64,000 nt of DNA, taken from Acidimicrobiales bacterium. Lineage in GTDB: Bacteria; Actinomycetota; Acidimicrobiia; Acidimicrobiales; GCA-2861595. Under the pieces are notes generated by a model. The model ran no database searches and had not been told where the DNA came from. It was given only the letters and a program-made list of their open reading frames with translations. Numbering within the stretch: position 1 is the stretch's first letter; every line of letters starts with the position of its first letter. The stretch spans positions 667 to 64,666 of the forward strand of contig DATLOM010000005.1 in NCBI GenBank assembly GCA_035536185.1, given 5' to 3'. This document shows positions 1-8,602 of this stretch, piece by piece. The position numbers were made by a program, and so were the translations under genes.

Positions 1-1
1 C

Positions 2-703
2 CGCCACTGGGCACAACAGCTCAACCACCTTGAATCCCGCCTCGTCACCGTGCTCGACGACGAGTATCCAGCCAATCTCCGCATGGTTCACGACCATCCC
101 CCCTTTCTCTTCGTGCGAGGAGCTCTCGATCCCTCCGACGAGCGTGCGATCGCTGTGGTGGGGACTCGGGAACCAAGCGAAAAGGGTGCCCAGGTCGCCG
201 AGCAGATCTCCGGCTCTCTCGCCGAGCGGGGGATAACGGTGGTGTCCGGCATGGCTGCGGGTATCGACACCGCCGCCCATGCAGGTGCGTTGCAGGCCGG
301 CGGCCGCACCCTTGCCGTGTTCGGCACCGGGATCGATCGGATCTACCCGGCGTCCAATCGTTCCCTTGCCGAGGAAATCTCGACATCGGGTGCGACGCTG
401 TCACAGTTCTGGCCGGACATGGCGCCGACCCGGTGGAGCTTTCCGGTGAGAAACATCGTGACCTCCGGCCTCTCGATCGGCACCGTGGTAGTAGAGGCCG
501 GCCCCACCTCGGGTGCGCGGCTACAGGCCGAGCACGCGCTCCGGCATGGCAAGCGGCTGTACCTGCTGCGGCGTCTCGTGGAGGACCAGCGGTGGGCGCA
601 GGACTTGATCGGAAGGCCAGGAGTGCTCGCCATCGAGGACATCGAGGAGGTACTCGTCGCCATCGAGGTCGAGCTCGATCTTCAGACTGACGTCTTGGCC
701 TAG
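2..703 (+). CDS. DprA/Smf-family protein (SLOG/Rossmann fold), 5' end outside window
   Basis: The frame is open from nt 2 (RHWAQQLNHLESRLVTVLDDEYP...), so the N-terminus is missing. DprA core motifs are present: AVVGTREPS, VVSGMAAGIDTAAHAGAL, AVFGTGIDRIYPASN, SFPVRNIVTSGLS, VVVEAGPTSGA. Confidence 0.8.
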   Translation, partial: RHWAQQLNHLESRLVTVLDDEYPANLRMVHDHPPFLFVRGALDPSDERAIAVVGTREPSEKGAQVAEQISGSLAERGITVVSGMAAGIDTAAHAGALQAGGRTLAVFGTGIDRIYPASNRSLAEEISTSGATLSQFWPDMAPTRWSFPVRNIVTSGLSIGTVVVEAGPTSGARLQAEHALRHGKRLYLLRRLVEDQRWAQDLIGRPGVLAIEDIEEVLVAIEVELDLQTDVLA

Positions 704-706
704 CCC

Positions 707-1438
707 GTGGCAACCGCCGCTGAGCTACTGCTCCCGCTCCGACCGGGGCTGGTGCCAGTCCCAGCGGCCGGGCAGCCGGGCGTGTGCGGCATCTGCCACA
801 GCGGCTGCGATCGGTCGTATGGCCAGTGTTACCCCTGTCTCGAAGCGGTTCAGGTGTTCGGCGTCGGGGATGTCCTGCCCATCTCGATGTCCGTCGACGG
901 CGGCCTGCTCCACCGCCATCTCCGTGGCTACAAGGATGACCGAAGTCCACAGGTCCGGACTCGTATGAGCCTGCGCCTGGCTGCGCTCGTGGCCATCTTC
1001 TTTCACAACCACGCTCGGTGTGTCGGTGACTTCGACTCGTTGGTCCTGGTGCCATCATCATCCCGAACAGCCGTCGAAGGGATAATCCAGCTCCTGCCCC
1101 TCCTCCGGGACCAGTACCGTCCCGCACTTCGAGTCACTGGTATGGGGTCGAAGAGCGACCTTCGACCTGACCGCTTTGGCCTGACCCGTCGTGTCGAGGG
1201 TGAGACGGTGCTGTTGCTCGACGATACGTTCACTCGGGGACCTAGCATCTTCAGCGCGTTGGCCGCGCTACGTGAGGCGGGAGCGGTTGTCGTCGGTCCG
1301 ATGGTGATCGGGCGTCACGTCCAGCCGGGCTGGGCTCCCTCATCCGACTTGCTCGACTGGCTTCAGAAGCGGTCGTGGGATGAGGAACGCTGCTGTCGGT
1401 GCGATGGCGAACACGTGAATCCGGGCCAGATGTTATGA
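707..1438 (+). CDS. ComF-type phosphoribosyltransferase
   Basis: Starts 4 nt after the DprA-like stop. It has an N-terminal Cys cluster (CGICHSGC...CYPC) like the ComF zinc finger and the PRPP-binding loop VLLLDDTFTRGPS. Confidence 0.75.
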   Translation: MATAAELLLPLRPGLVPVPAAGQPGVCGICHSGCDRSYGQCYPCLEAVQVFGVGDVLPISMSVDGGLLHRHLRGYKDDRSPQVRTRMSLRLAALVAIFFHNHARCVGDFDSLVLVPSSSRTAVEGIIQLLPLLRDQYRPALRVTGMGSKSDLRPDRFGLTRRVEGETVLLLDDTFTRGPSIFSALAALREAGAVVVGPMVIGRHVQPGWAPSSDLLDWLQKRSWDEERCCRCDGEHVNPGQML

Positions 1439-1682
1439 ACTCATCGATAAGCAGGAGGCGAACCCACAGGTCGGTGAGCTCAGTTCCACTCCGATCGGCT
1501 CAGGAGGGAGAGTAGACGAGGTCCCCGAAGCCCTCGCTGCCCGGCGGAGATCAGGCATGGCCGCCAGAGCGTCCCTCCACACCGCCTTCTCCTCCCCGGC
1601 ACTGGTGGTGGACCCGGAGGGTGACCTCACTGTGGGTTCCGCGGGATCCTTCCGAGGTCCTCCACTGTCAGTTCAGCTTCGA

Positions 1683-3788
1683 TCAGGTCCTGGAGAGCCA
1701 GCGTTCGATGGTCTCGCCCAGCACGTCGATGCGCACCGGCTTGGTCAGGAAGTCGTCCATGCCGACTGTGATGCACTTCTCCCGCTCCCAGCTCATGGCG
1801 CCGGCGGTCATGGCGATCACCGGGATGTCGCCCCCGGTTCCCAGGTCCCTGATGGCGCGAGTCGCCTCGTAGCCGTCCATCTCGGGCATCTGACAGTCCA
1901 TGAGGACGATGTCGTACTGGCCTGTCGCCACCGCGGCCACCGCCTCCCGGCCGTTGGCCGCGATGTCGGCGTGGTACCCCAGCTTCTCGATGAAGCGGCT
2001 GGCCACCTTCTGGTTCACGATGTTGTCCTCGGCCACCAGGATGCGCGCCCGCGGCCTTCCGGCACTCCTCTCATGGACAGTGAGCGGAGTGGCGATCGGG
2101 CCCGCGCGGGAGATGCCGGTGCCCCCCGCCATCACGGCCACGAGGGCTTCGTGAAGGGCGGCCATCTTGAGTGGCTTGGTGACGACGCCCTGCACCCCTG
2201 CCTCCCGCGCCTTGTCGGCGTCGACCGGCCTCACCGAGGAGGTCAGCAGGATGAGGGGCAATCCTCCTGAGCCGGGCCCACCACGGATCGCCATGGCCAG
2301 CCCCGGCCCGTCCATCTCGGGCATGTGGCAGTCGAGCAGGGCAAGGTCGTAGCCGTTGCCTCCCGCCGATGCCACCCGGATCATCTCCAGGGCAGGCGTC
2401 CCCCCATCCGCCAGGTCCGCCTGCAGGCCCCATTGGACAAGCGTCTGTTGGAGCCCCCGACCGCTGCTGGCGTTGTCGTCCACTACGAGGGCGCGAAGGC
2501 CCTTCAAACCCTCGTGTGGCCGCATCATCGGGCTCACCGCTTCGCGGCCACGGCACAGGCGGACCGTGAAGGAGAACGTGCTGCCCTGCCCAGGGGCGCT
2601 CTCGACGGCGATGTGGGCGCCCATCAGCTCCACCAACCGGCTGGAGATCGACAGGCCGAGCCCGGTTCCCCCGAAGCGCCTGGTGGTGGAGGAATCGGCC
2701 TGCGAAAAAGCTTCGAAGAGACAACCCTGCTGGTCCTCGGGGATCCCGATGCCGGTGTCGGCCACTGAGAAGCTCACCACCACGACACCGGTGGCGTCCT
2801 CCTCCCCTGAGACCTCCAGGACCACCTCGCCGGCGTCGGTGAACTTGAGGGCGTTGCCCACCAGGTTGACCAGGACCTGGCGGAGCCGCCCAGGGTCGCC
2901 ATGAACTGCGGACGGAACGTCGGGGCCCATCACGGCCACCAGCTCGAGGCCCTTTTCTTCGGCCCGCTCGGCCAGGAGGCAGGCGACATCCTCGACCACG
3001 GTGCGCAGGTCGAAATCGACCTCCTCGAGCTCCAGCTTCCCGGCCTCCACCTTGGAGAAGTCGAGGATCTCGTTGATCACGTCCAACAGGGCCTCGGCCG
3101 AGCTACGGACGGTCTCGCCATACTCCCGCTGGACCGGGGACAGCTCCGTGCCGAGCAGGAGGTCGCTCATCCCCATCACACCGTTCATCGGGGTCCGGAT
3201 CTCGTGGCTCATGTTGGCGAGGAAGTCGGTCTTGGCCCTGCTGGCGCGCTCCGCCTCCTCCCGCGCCGCGACAAGCGCTTTCTCGGCCTGTGCCTGGGCC
3301 CGCCATGCCTGGCGCAGCTCCAGCTCGTCGGTCGCCACGGCAGCCAGCTCCGCCAGCACCTCCAGGTTCGGCGACGGGCGGGGCACGACATCGGCGATGG
3401 CCAGGGCGCCGAGCACCAGGCCGTCGGAGCTTCGCAACGGGACGCCGGCATAGAACCTGATCCCGGGCGCCCCGGTCACCGAGGGGTTGTCGGAGAACCG
3501 CGGATCGGCGGCGGCGTCGTTCACGACGATCTCGCCGTCGCCATCAACCACGTGGGCGCAGAATGCGGTGTCGCGGGAGGTCTGGCTGGTGGACAGGCCG
3601 ATGCACGACTTGAACCACTGGCGGTCCTCGTCGATCAGCGAGACCAGCGCCATCGGCACGTCGTAGTAGCGGGCGGCCAAGCCGACGAGACGGTCGAAGG
3701 CGGCCTCGGGCTCGCTGTCGAGGATGTCGTAGCGGCGCAGTGCCTCGAGCCTCTGCGTCTCCTTGCTTTCCGCTGCCTCCGCCGTCAT
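1683..3788 (-). CDS. Hybrid sensor histidine kinase (GAF-HisKA-HATPase-REC-REC)
   Basis: The listed ORF extends to 4304, but its first 172 codons are Arg/Gly-rich and overlap the neighbouring gene. The ATG at 3788 gives a GAF domain, the H-box SHEIRTPMNGVMG, GTGLGLSIS, and two receiver domains (ALVVDDN..., ILVAEDN...). Confidence 0.9.
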   Translation of the reverse strand: MTAEAAESKETQRLEALRRYDILDSEPEAAFDRLVGLAARYYDVPMALVSLIDEDRQWFKSCIGLSTSQTSRDTAFCAHVVDGDGEIVVNDAAADPRFSDNPSVTGAPGIRFYAGVPLRSSDGLVLGALAIADVVPRPSPNLEVLAELAAVATDELELRQAWRAQAQAEKALVAAREEAERASRAKTDFLANMSHEIRTPMNGVMGMSDLLLGTELSPVQREYGETVRSSAEALLDVINEILDFSKVEAGKLELEEVDFDLRTVVEDVACLLAERAEEKGLELVAVMGPDVPSAVHGDPGRLRQVLVNLVGNALKFTDAGEVVLEVSGEEDATGVVVVSFSVADTGIGIPEDQQGCLFEAFSQADSSTTRRFGGTGLGLSISSRLVELMGAHIAVESAPGQGSTFSFTVRLCRGREAVSPMMRPHEGLKGLRALVVDDNASSGRGLQQTLVQWGLQADLADGGTPALEMIRVASAGGNGYDLALLDCHMPEMDGPGLAMAIRGGPGSGGLPLILLTSSVRPVDADKAREAGVQGVVTKPLKMAALHEALVAVMAGGTGISRAGPIATPLTVHERSAGRPRARILVAEDNIVNQKVASRFIEKLGYHADIAANGREAVAAVATGQYDIVLMDCQMPEMDGYEATRAIRDLGTGGDIPVIAMTAGAMSWEREKCITVGMDDFLTKPVRIDVLGETIERWLSRT

Positions 3789-3943
3789 GGCGTTTCCTAT
3801 CGCGCCAATGTGAAATCGTTCACGTTCCGTGAACACCGCATCGAGGCTCGTTTGTTCCCTGGACCACCTGGACCAGGCCGGCGGCGGAACCCTCTCTCGC
3901 CCTGGCGGCTCGTTCAGCGCCGCCCGGGCCAACGCCGACCTCG

Positions 3944-4414
3944 TCAGCGTGAAGCAGCCGTCGCGGCCGCGTCGAGACGCTGGAGGGTGGTGCGCATCCC
4001 CGCCTCGAGGTCGGCCTCCCGGTCCTTCACGCCGGTGGTGAGCCGGGTGACTAGGCGCGAGATCCGGCTGAGCGGCTTGGGCAATTCGAACGACTCCGTG
4101 ACCCGGGTCCCACCGTCGCCCAGCGCCTCGAAACGGTAACGCCACACCGCCGATGGGCGCTTCGCCCCTCCGACGGCGAAGGCGAGCTCCCTGTCTCGCT
4201 CCGCCACCGTCACCTCGCAGGTGGTCGACCACTTCGTGCGGCCCCTTCGATTGTGGCCCTTGAAGCGCGCACCGGGTGAGGGCCCGGTGGCGCCGTCGAG
4301 CCACTCGGCCCGCTCGGTCTCAGGGCTCCACTCTCCCATGCGGGTGACATCGCTCACCATGGCCCCCAGCACATCGGGAGACGCTGTCATGTCCAAGCTG
4401 ACCTCACGGCGCAT
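3944..4414 (-). CDS. SRPBCC (START/polyketide cyclase-like) family protein
   Basis: 156 aa with the typical SRPBCC layout (SPDVLGAMVSDVTRMGEWSPE ... WRYRFEALGDGGTRVTESFE). Confidence 0.7.
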   Translation of the reverse strand: MRREVSLDMTASPDVLGAMVSDVTRMGEWSPETERAEWLDGATGPSPGARFKGHNRRGRTKWSTTCEVTVAERDRELAFAVGGAKRPSAVWRYRFEALGDGGTRVTESFELPKPLSRISRLVTRLTTGVKDREADLEAGMRTTLQRLDAAATAASR

Positions 4415-4471
4415 GTTGACATCAAGTGTATTTCGGGTGGCCTCCAGCTACTCCTTCGGAGACGAGCCGCA

Positions 4472-4723
4472 TCAACCGGTGGAGTCCTCGCCGACCTCTC
4501 GAAGAGCGGTCCTCAGCGCGGCGTGCAGGCGCCGCGCCGTTTCGGGGGAGAGGTGGGCCACCAGCCCCGACCCCGGCCTTCCCACCTCCTCCACGGTCAG
4601 CTCGACCCGAAGGTCGCCACATTCGTCGCAGTCGTCCAGGACGGCCACGGCCCAGGCGAGCTGAGCCCGCTCCGGGTCATCGGCGGGGTGATCGTCACGG
4701 CCGTAGTCGGCAAGCTTCTTCAC
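4472..4723 (-). CDS. Small acidic hypothetical protein (83 aa), paralog 1
   Basis: GTG start. It is near-identical at protein level to 8603..8854 despite about 29 nucleotide differences, which argues for real coding sequence. No family recognised. Confidence 0.75.
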   Translation of the reverse strand: MKKLADYGRDDHPADDPERAQLAWAVAVLDDCDECGDLRVELTVEEVGRPGSGLVAHLSPETARRLHAALRTALREVGEDSTG

Positions 4724-4782
4724 GTACGGAGTGAATCATGTAACGGACCTGATGACCTCAGACGGGCGCCGCCGCCGGCGGG

Positions 4783-5319
4783 TCAGGCGAGGCGGGCGAG
4801 AATGCCCCGGGCCTCGGCCGCGTCGGCCGCCCGGCGGGCCACCTCGGCCACGTCGCGAAGGGTGGCCAGCTCATGACGGCGGAGGAGATCCTTCACCTCC
4901 CCGAGGGCGCCCGGCACCATCGACAGCTCCCGCACGCCGAGCCCTACCAGGGCGGCCGCCACCTCGGGGTCGCTGGCGGTCTCCCCGCGCACGCCCACCC
5001 AGGTGCCGTACTGGTCGGCGTTGGCCACCACGTGGGCGATCAGGTCCAGCACCAGCGGCTCGCACACGTCGGTCAGCTCGGCCACCTCGGCCACCAGGCG
5101 GTCGACAGCGAACAGGTACTGGAGCAAGTCGTTGGTCCCGACCGAGAAGAAGTCGACGTGCGGGGCGATCCGGCCGGCGGCCAGCGCCGCCGACGGCACC
5201 TCGATCGTCACCCCCACCTCCACGCCGTCGAGGGAGACACCCTCGTCACCGGCCACCCGTTCCAGTTCGCTGCGGGCGGCGACAACCTCGTCGACCCGGC
5301 TGACGAGGGGGAACAGCAC
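4783..5319 (-). pseudogene. C-terminal fragment of a PEP-utilizing enzyme (PtsI/Enzyme I-like TIM-barrel tail)
   Basis: The 178 aa match only the last third of Enzyme I (MLFPLVSRVDEV..., VDFFSVGTNDLLQY, GETASDPEV). Only 45 nt separate it from the upstream gene, so the N-terminal two-thirds is absent. Confidence 0.65.
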
Positions 5320-5364
5320 TGGCCCAGGGGTCCAGCTCGCCGCTGCGGACGAGGGGGCGGCCGG

Positions 5365-6321
5365 CTACTCCGGCGAGGCGTGAGCCTTTCGCCACCGGCG
5401 GATCCCGGCCGCGGTAGCGAACGAGGACGCGGCCGCCGCCGCCAGGGCGAGCAGGAGGGCTGGTACGGCCGGCACCGCACGGTCCCGACTGGAGCTCGCA
5501 TGATCTCCCGACAGCGCCGTCTCCTCGTCCCCTTCTTCGGTCGACCCGCTGGCGGTTGTCGGCTCGTCCGGGGAGGGCGAGGTCTCGTCCGGGGAGGGTG
5601 GCCGCGCCGGCTCTGCGGCGGGCGAAGTGGGACCGCCCCCTCCGGACGGCGGCGGGGGGCTCTGGGCCGACGTAGAGGACCCGCCGGTGCTGGTGGAGGA
5701 CGGTGGGCGATAGCCCTCGACAGGTACCGGCTGGCGACCGTCGTAGTAGCGGGGGTCCGGCTCGGCGGGCATGGAGGGAGCCTCACTACGGGCCGAGGCC
5801 TCAGCCCGTGAGTTCGGAGGAGGCGGGTCCGATCCCGATCCTCCCGAGCTGGGTGCCGGGCCCGGCCCGGTCTGGTTGGGCGGTGGGTTGCCTGGGGCGG
5901 TCTCTGAGCCGCTCGTCTGGCTGTGCGGTTGAGGATCGTTCGGACTGTCGACCATGAAGGGGGCGCCGGCGCTTGAAGATGACTGCCGGGCGACGATGAG
6001 CTCGGTGTAGTCGTCCCCGTGCTCGGCCGAGGTCGGGATCTGCACCTGGACGCTGAACTTGCCGTAGGAGTCCGCGACAGCTGATCCCATGCGGAGATCC
6101 GTCGACCCCCAATAGATCTCGACCAGCCCCTGCCAGTAACGGCCCATCACCGCCACCCTGATGCCCACCGGCCCCGAGGTCGGGTTGAGGGTGATCTCCG
6201 GCGGATAGCTCCCGAGATCGGGTACCTGGGCATGGCTCGTCGCCACCCCACCGAACATCGGCCCAGCGCCAGCGGCGATGACCGCCGCCAGGAGCGCCAC
6301 CCGGCTCCTCTTCGGACCCAC
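5365..6321 (-). CDS. Secreted/cell-surface protein with Pro/Ser/Gly-rich stalk and C-terminal membrane anchor
   Basis: Signal peptide (RVALLAAVIAAGAGPMFGGVATSHA), an Ig/IPT-like N-domain, a long low-complexity P/S/G region, then a hydrophobic segment and basic tail ([25 protein letters not shown]). No LPXTG motif. Confidence 0.7.
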   Translation of the reverse strand: MGPKRSRVALLAAVIAAGAGPMFGGVATSHAQVPDLGSYPPEITLNPTSGPVGIRVAVMGRYWQGLVEIYWGSTDLRMGSAVADSYGKFSVQVQIPTSAEHGDDYTELIVARQSSSSAGAPFMVDSPNDPQPHSQTSGSETAPGNPPPNQTGPGPAPSSGGSGSDPPPPNSRAEASARSEAPSMPAEPDPRYYDGRQPVPVEGYRPPSSTSTGGSSTSAQSPPPPSGGGGPTSPAAEPARPPSPDETSPSPDEPTTASGSTEEGDEETALSGDHASSSRDRAVPAVPALLLALAAAAASSFATAAGIRRWRKAHASPE

Positions 6322-6448
6322 CCCATTCTCCCTTCCTTGCTTTCAAATCGTCGCGCCAAATGGAGCCGGTCGCAAGCAGATCGGGAGAAATGGCGGTCAA
6401 GCAACTGAGCAGGTCGTTCCACCACGCCGTTGGGAACCACCGGAGCGG

Positions 6449-7624
6449 TTACGGGATGCGGATGGCGACGATGGCGATGTCGTCGCGGGGGTCGCCGGCT
6501 TGGAACTTCATGACCTCGTCGAGCACGCCCTGGGCGAGCGCGGCCGCCGAGTCGCCAGCACCGGCGATCGCTGCGGCCAGGTTCTCCTCGCCGAAGAAGT
6601 TCTTGCCATGGCGGCCTTCGGTGACGCCGTCGGTGTAGAGGAGCATGCTGTCGCCCGACTGCAGGAGCAGGTCGGTGTCGCCGAGGTCGGGGTCCGGGAG
6701 CACACCCAGCAACGATCCGAAGATCCCGATCGGCGCCACCCGCTCCCGCGCCCGCCACAACAGCGGAGGCGGGTGGCCGGCGCAGCCGATCGTGGCTGTC
6801 CAGGCGGTGCCCGAGTGGCGCAGGCGCAGGAGGGTGACGGTGCAGAACCGGTCGGTCTCGTGGTGCAGTAGCACCTCGTTGAGGGTCGTGAGGATGTCGG
6901 TGGGCCGGCGCTGGTTGACGGCGGCGGCGCGGATGGTGTGGCGAGCCAGCGCGGTGACGGCAGCCGCCTCCACCCCTTTGCCGCAGACGTCCCCGATGGC
7001 CACCACCCAGTCTCCCGAACCGATCTCGAAGATGTCGTAGAAGTCGCCGCCCACCTCCTCGCCGCTGCCGGCGGGGCGGTAGACGGCGGCGATGTCCAGT
7101 CCCTCGATGGTCGGCGGCGTGGGCGGGATCAGGGTCCGCTGGAGCGTCCTCGCCAGCAGGGTCGCCCGAGCTTCGGAGGCCTCGGCAAGTTCCTTGGCGC
7201 GAACGAGCTCCCGCTCGTACTCCCGGCGGTCCGTGGCGTCGAACACCGCGGTGCGCACCACCACCGGCGAGCCGCTGTCGTCGCGCTCGAGGATCGAGTT
7301 CACGAGCACCGGCAGGCGCTTTCCGTCGGTGCGCACGAGGTCGAGGGCGATCTCCCGGGCGCTGCCCTGCATCTGCAGCATGGGCGCGTAGTGCGTCTCG
7401 TGGTAGATCCGCCCGCCGGCGGTCAGGAGGTCCGCGAACCTGCGCCGCCCGACGAGATCCTCGCGGGAGTACCCAGTGAGGGTGAGCAACGTCTGGTTGA
7501 CCTTGACGATCGTGCCATCGGGCATCGTGGACAGGTACCCGCAGGGTGCCCGCTCGTAGAGAGCGGCGGGATCGTCGTCGAGGAGCGCCCCGTAGAACGC
7601 GTCGGCCGCCTTCTCGCTGCTCAT
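6449..7624 (-). CDS. PAS-domain PP2C/SpoIIE-family serine phosphatase (RsbP-like)
   Basis: The ATG at 7624 was chosen because the listed ORF start at 7717 would overlap the upstream gene. It has an N-terminal PAS-like region and PP2C motifs GGDFYDIF, IGDVCGKGVEAA, LLYTDGVTEG, RDDIAIVAIR. Confidence 0.85.
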   Translation of the reverse strand: MSSEKAADAFYGALLDDDPAALYERAPCGYLSTMPDGTIVKVNQTLLTLTGYSREDLVGRRRFADLLTAGGRIYHETHYAPMLQMQGSAREIALDLVRTDGKRLPVLVNSILERDDSGSPVVVRTAVFDATDRREYERELVRAKELAEASEARATLLARTLQRTLIPPTPPTIEGLDIAAVYRPAGSGEEVGGDFYDIFEIGSGDWVVAIGDVCGKGVEAAAVTALARHTIRAAAVNQRRPTDILTTLNEVLLHHETDRFCTVTLLRLRHSGTAWTATIGCAGHPPPLLWRARERVAPIGIFGSLLGVLPDPDLGDTDLLLQSGDSMLLYTDGVTEGRHGKNFFGEENLAAAIAGAGDSAAALAQGVLDEVMKFQAGDPRDDIAIVAIRIP

Positions 7625-7640
7625 CTCGACCGATGAGCTG

Positions 7641-8438
7641 TCAGCCACGCACGAAGGCCGCGATCGCCTCGAACGTCTCGTCGGGCGCGCTGAGGTTCGG
7701 GCAGTGCCCGGTGGCATCGAGCATCACGAGCTTCGCGTCGGGAATCGTGTCCCGGACGAACTCGCCGACGGCGACCGGTGCGATGGCGTCGTTGGTGCAC
7801 TGCAGCACGAGCGTGGGCGTAGGAACCTTGGCGAGGTCGGCGCGGTTGTCCGACAGGAATGTGACCCCGGCAAACTGGCGGGCGATGTCGGGATCGCTCC
7901 GGCAGAAGCTGGCGGTGAGCTCTTCACCCAGCTCGGGCCGGTCGGGAGCCCCCATGATCACCGGCGCCATGGCACTGGACCATCCCAGGTAGTTGCTCTC
8001 CAGCGACTCGAGCAGCTCCTCGATGTCGTCCCTGGCGAAGCCGCCGAGGTAGGAGCCTTCGTCGATGTAGCGGGGGGACGGGCCCACGAGGACGAGCTTG
8101 GCGAAGAGGTCCGGCTCCTTGATCGCCGCCAGTACCCCCATCATCGAAGCGACGGAATGGCCGACGAAGATGACGTCACTGAGGTCAAGCTCGTGGCAGA
8201 TGTCGACCACGTCGTCGGCGTAGGCGTGGAGTGAGGTGTAGCGCCCAGGGTCGTACGACGACGTGTCCGAGCCTCCGGCGCCCATGTGGTCGAACAGCAC
8301 CACCTTGAAGTCGGGTTCGAAGCGCGGCGCCACGAAGCGCCACATGTTCTGGTCGCACCCGAAGCCATGGGCGAACAACATGGCCTGGCCGTCCGGCCAC
8401 CCGGAGATCACGAGGTTGTGGCGTTCTGCAACACCCAT
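7641..8438 (-). CDS. RsbQ / D14 / KAI2-family alpha/beta hydrolase
   Basis: 265 aa with nucleophile elbow GHSVASMMG, Asp in CTNDAIAP and His in ATGHCPNLSAP. It ends 16 nt before the PP2C gene. Confidence 0.85.
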   Translation of the reverse strand: MGVAERHNLVISGWPDGQAMLFAHGFGCDQNMWRFVAPRFEPDFKVVLFDHMGAGGSDTSSYDPGRYTSLHAYADDVVDICHELDLSDVIFVGHSVASMMGVLAAIKEPDLFAKLVLVGPSPRYIDEGSYLGGFARDDIEELLESLESNYLGWSSAMAPVIMGAPDRPELGEELTASFCRSDPDIARQFAGVTFLSDNRADLAKVPTPTLVLQCTNDAIAPVAVGEFVRDTIPDAKLVMLDATGHCPNLSAPDETFEAIAAFVRG

Positions 8439-8602
8439 GGCGTGAGGCTATGGTCGCCGACCCACGCTCACCGAGTCGCTTCCTCTGGAAGTAGCTCGAG
8501 GTTTGCGGCCTCCAGCGCGAACAGGCCATCTACGACGGGGTCGTGGGTTCGGCCGGCACCGTCGGCGATTCCGCGGAATCGTGATCTGCTGGCCGCTGGC
8601 GA

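Noticed and set aside
3789-4304. N-terminal extensions of listed ORFs: histidine kinase to 4304, cDPGS-like ORF from 31082, PP2C to 7717, MarR to 22075, and the DUF2795 ORF to 59875.
   Set aside because: The extensions are low-complexity and overlap neighbouring well-supported genes or promoter regions. Internal ATG/GTG codons coincide with the start of homology or with stop/start coupling.
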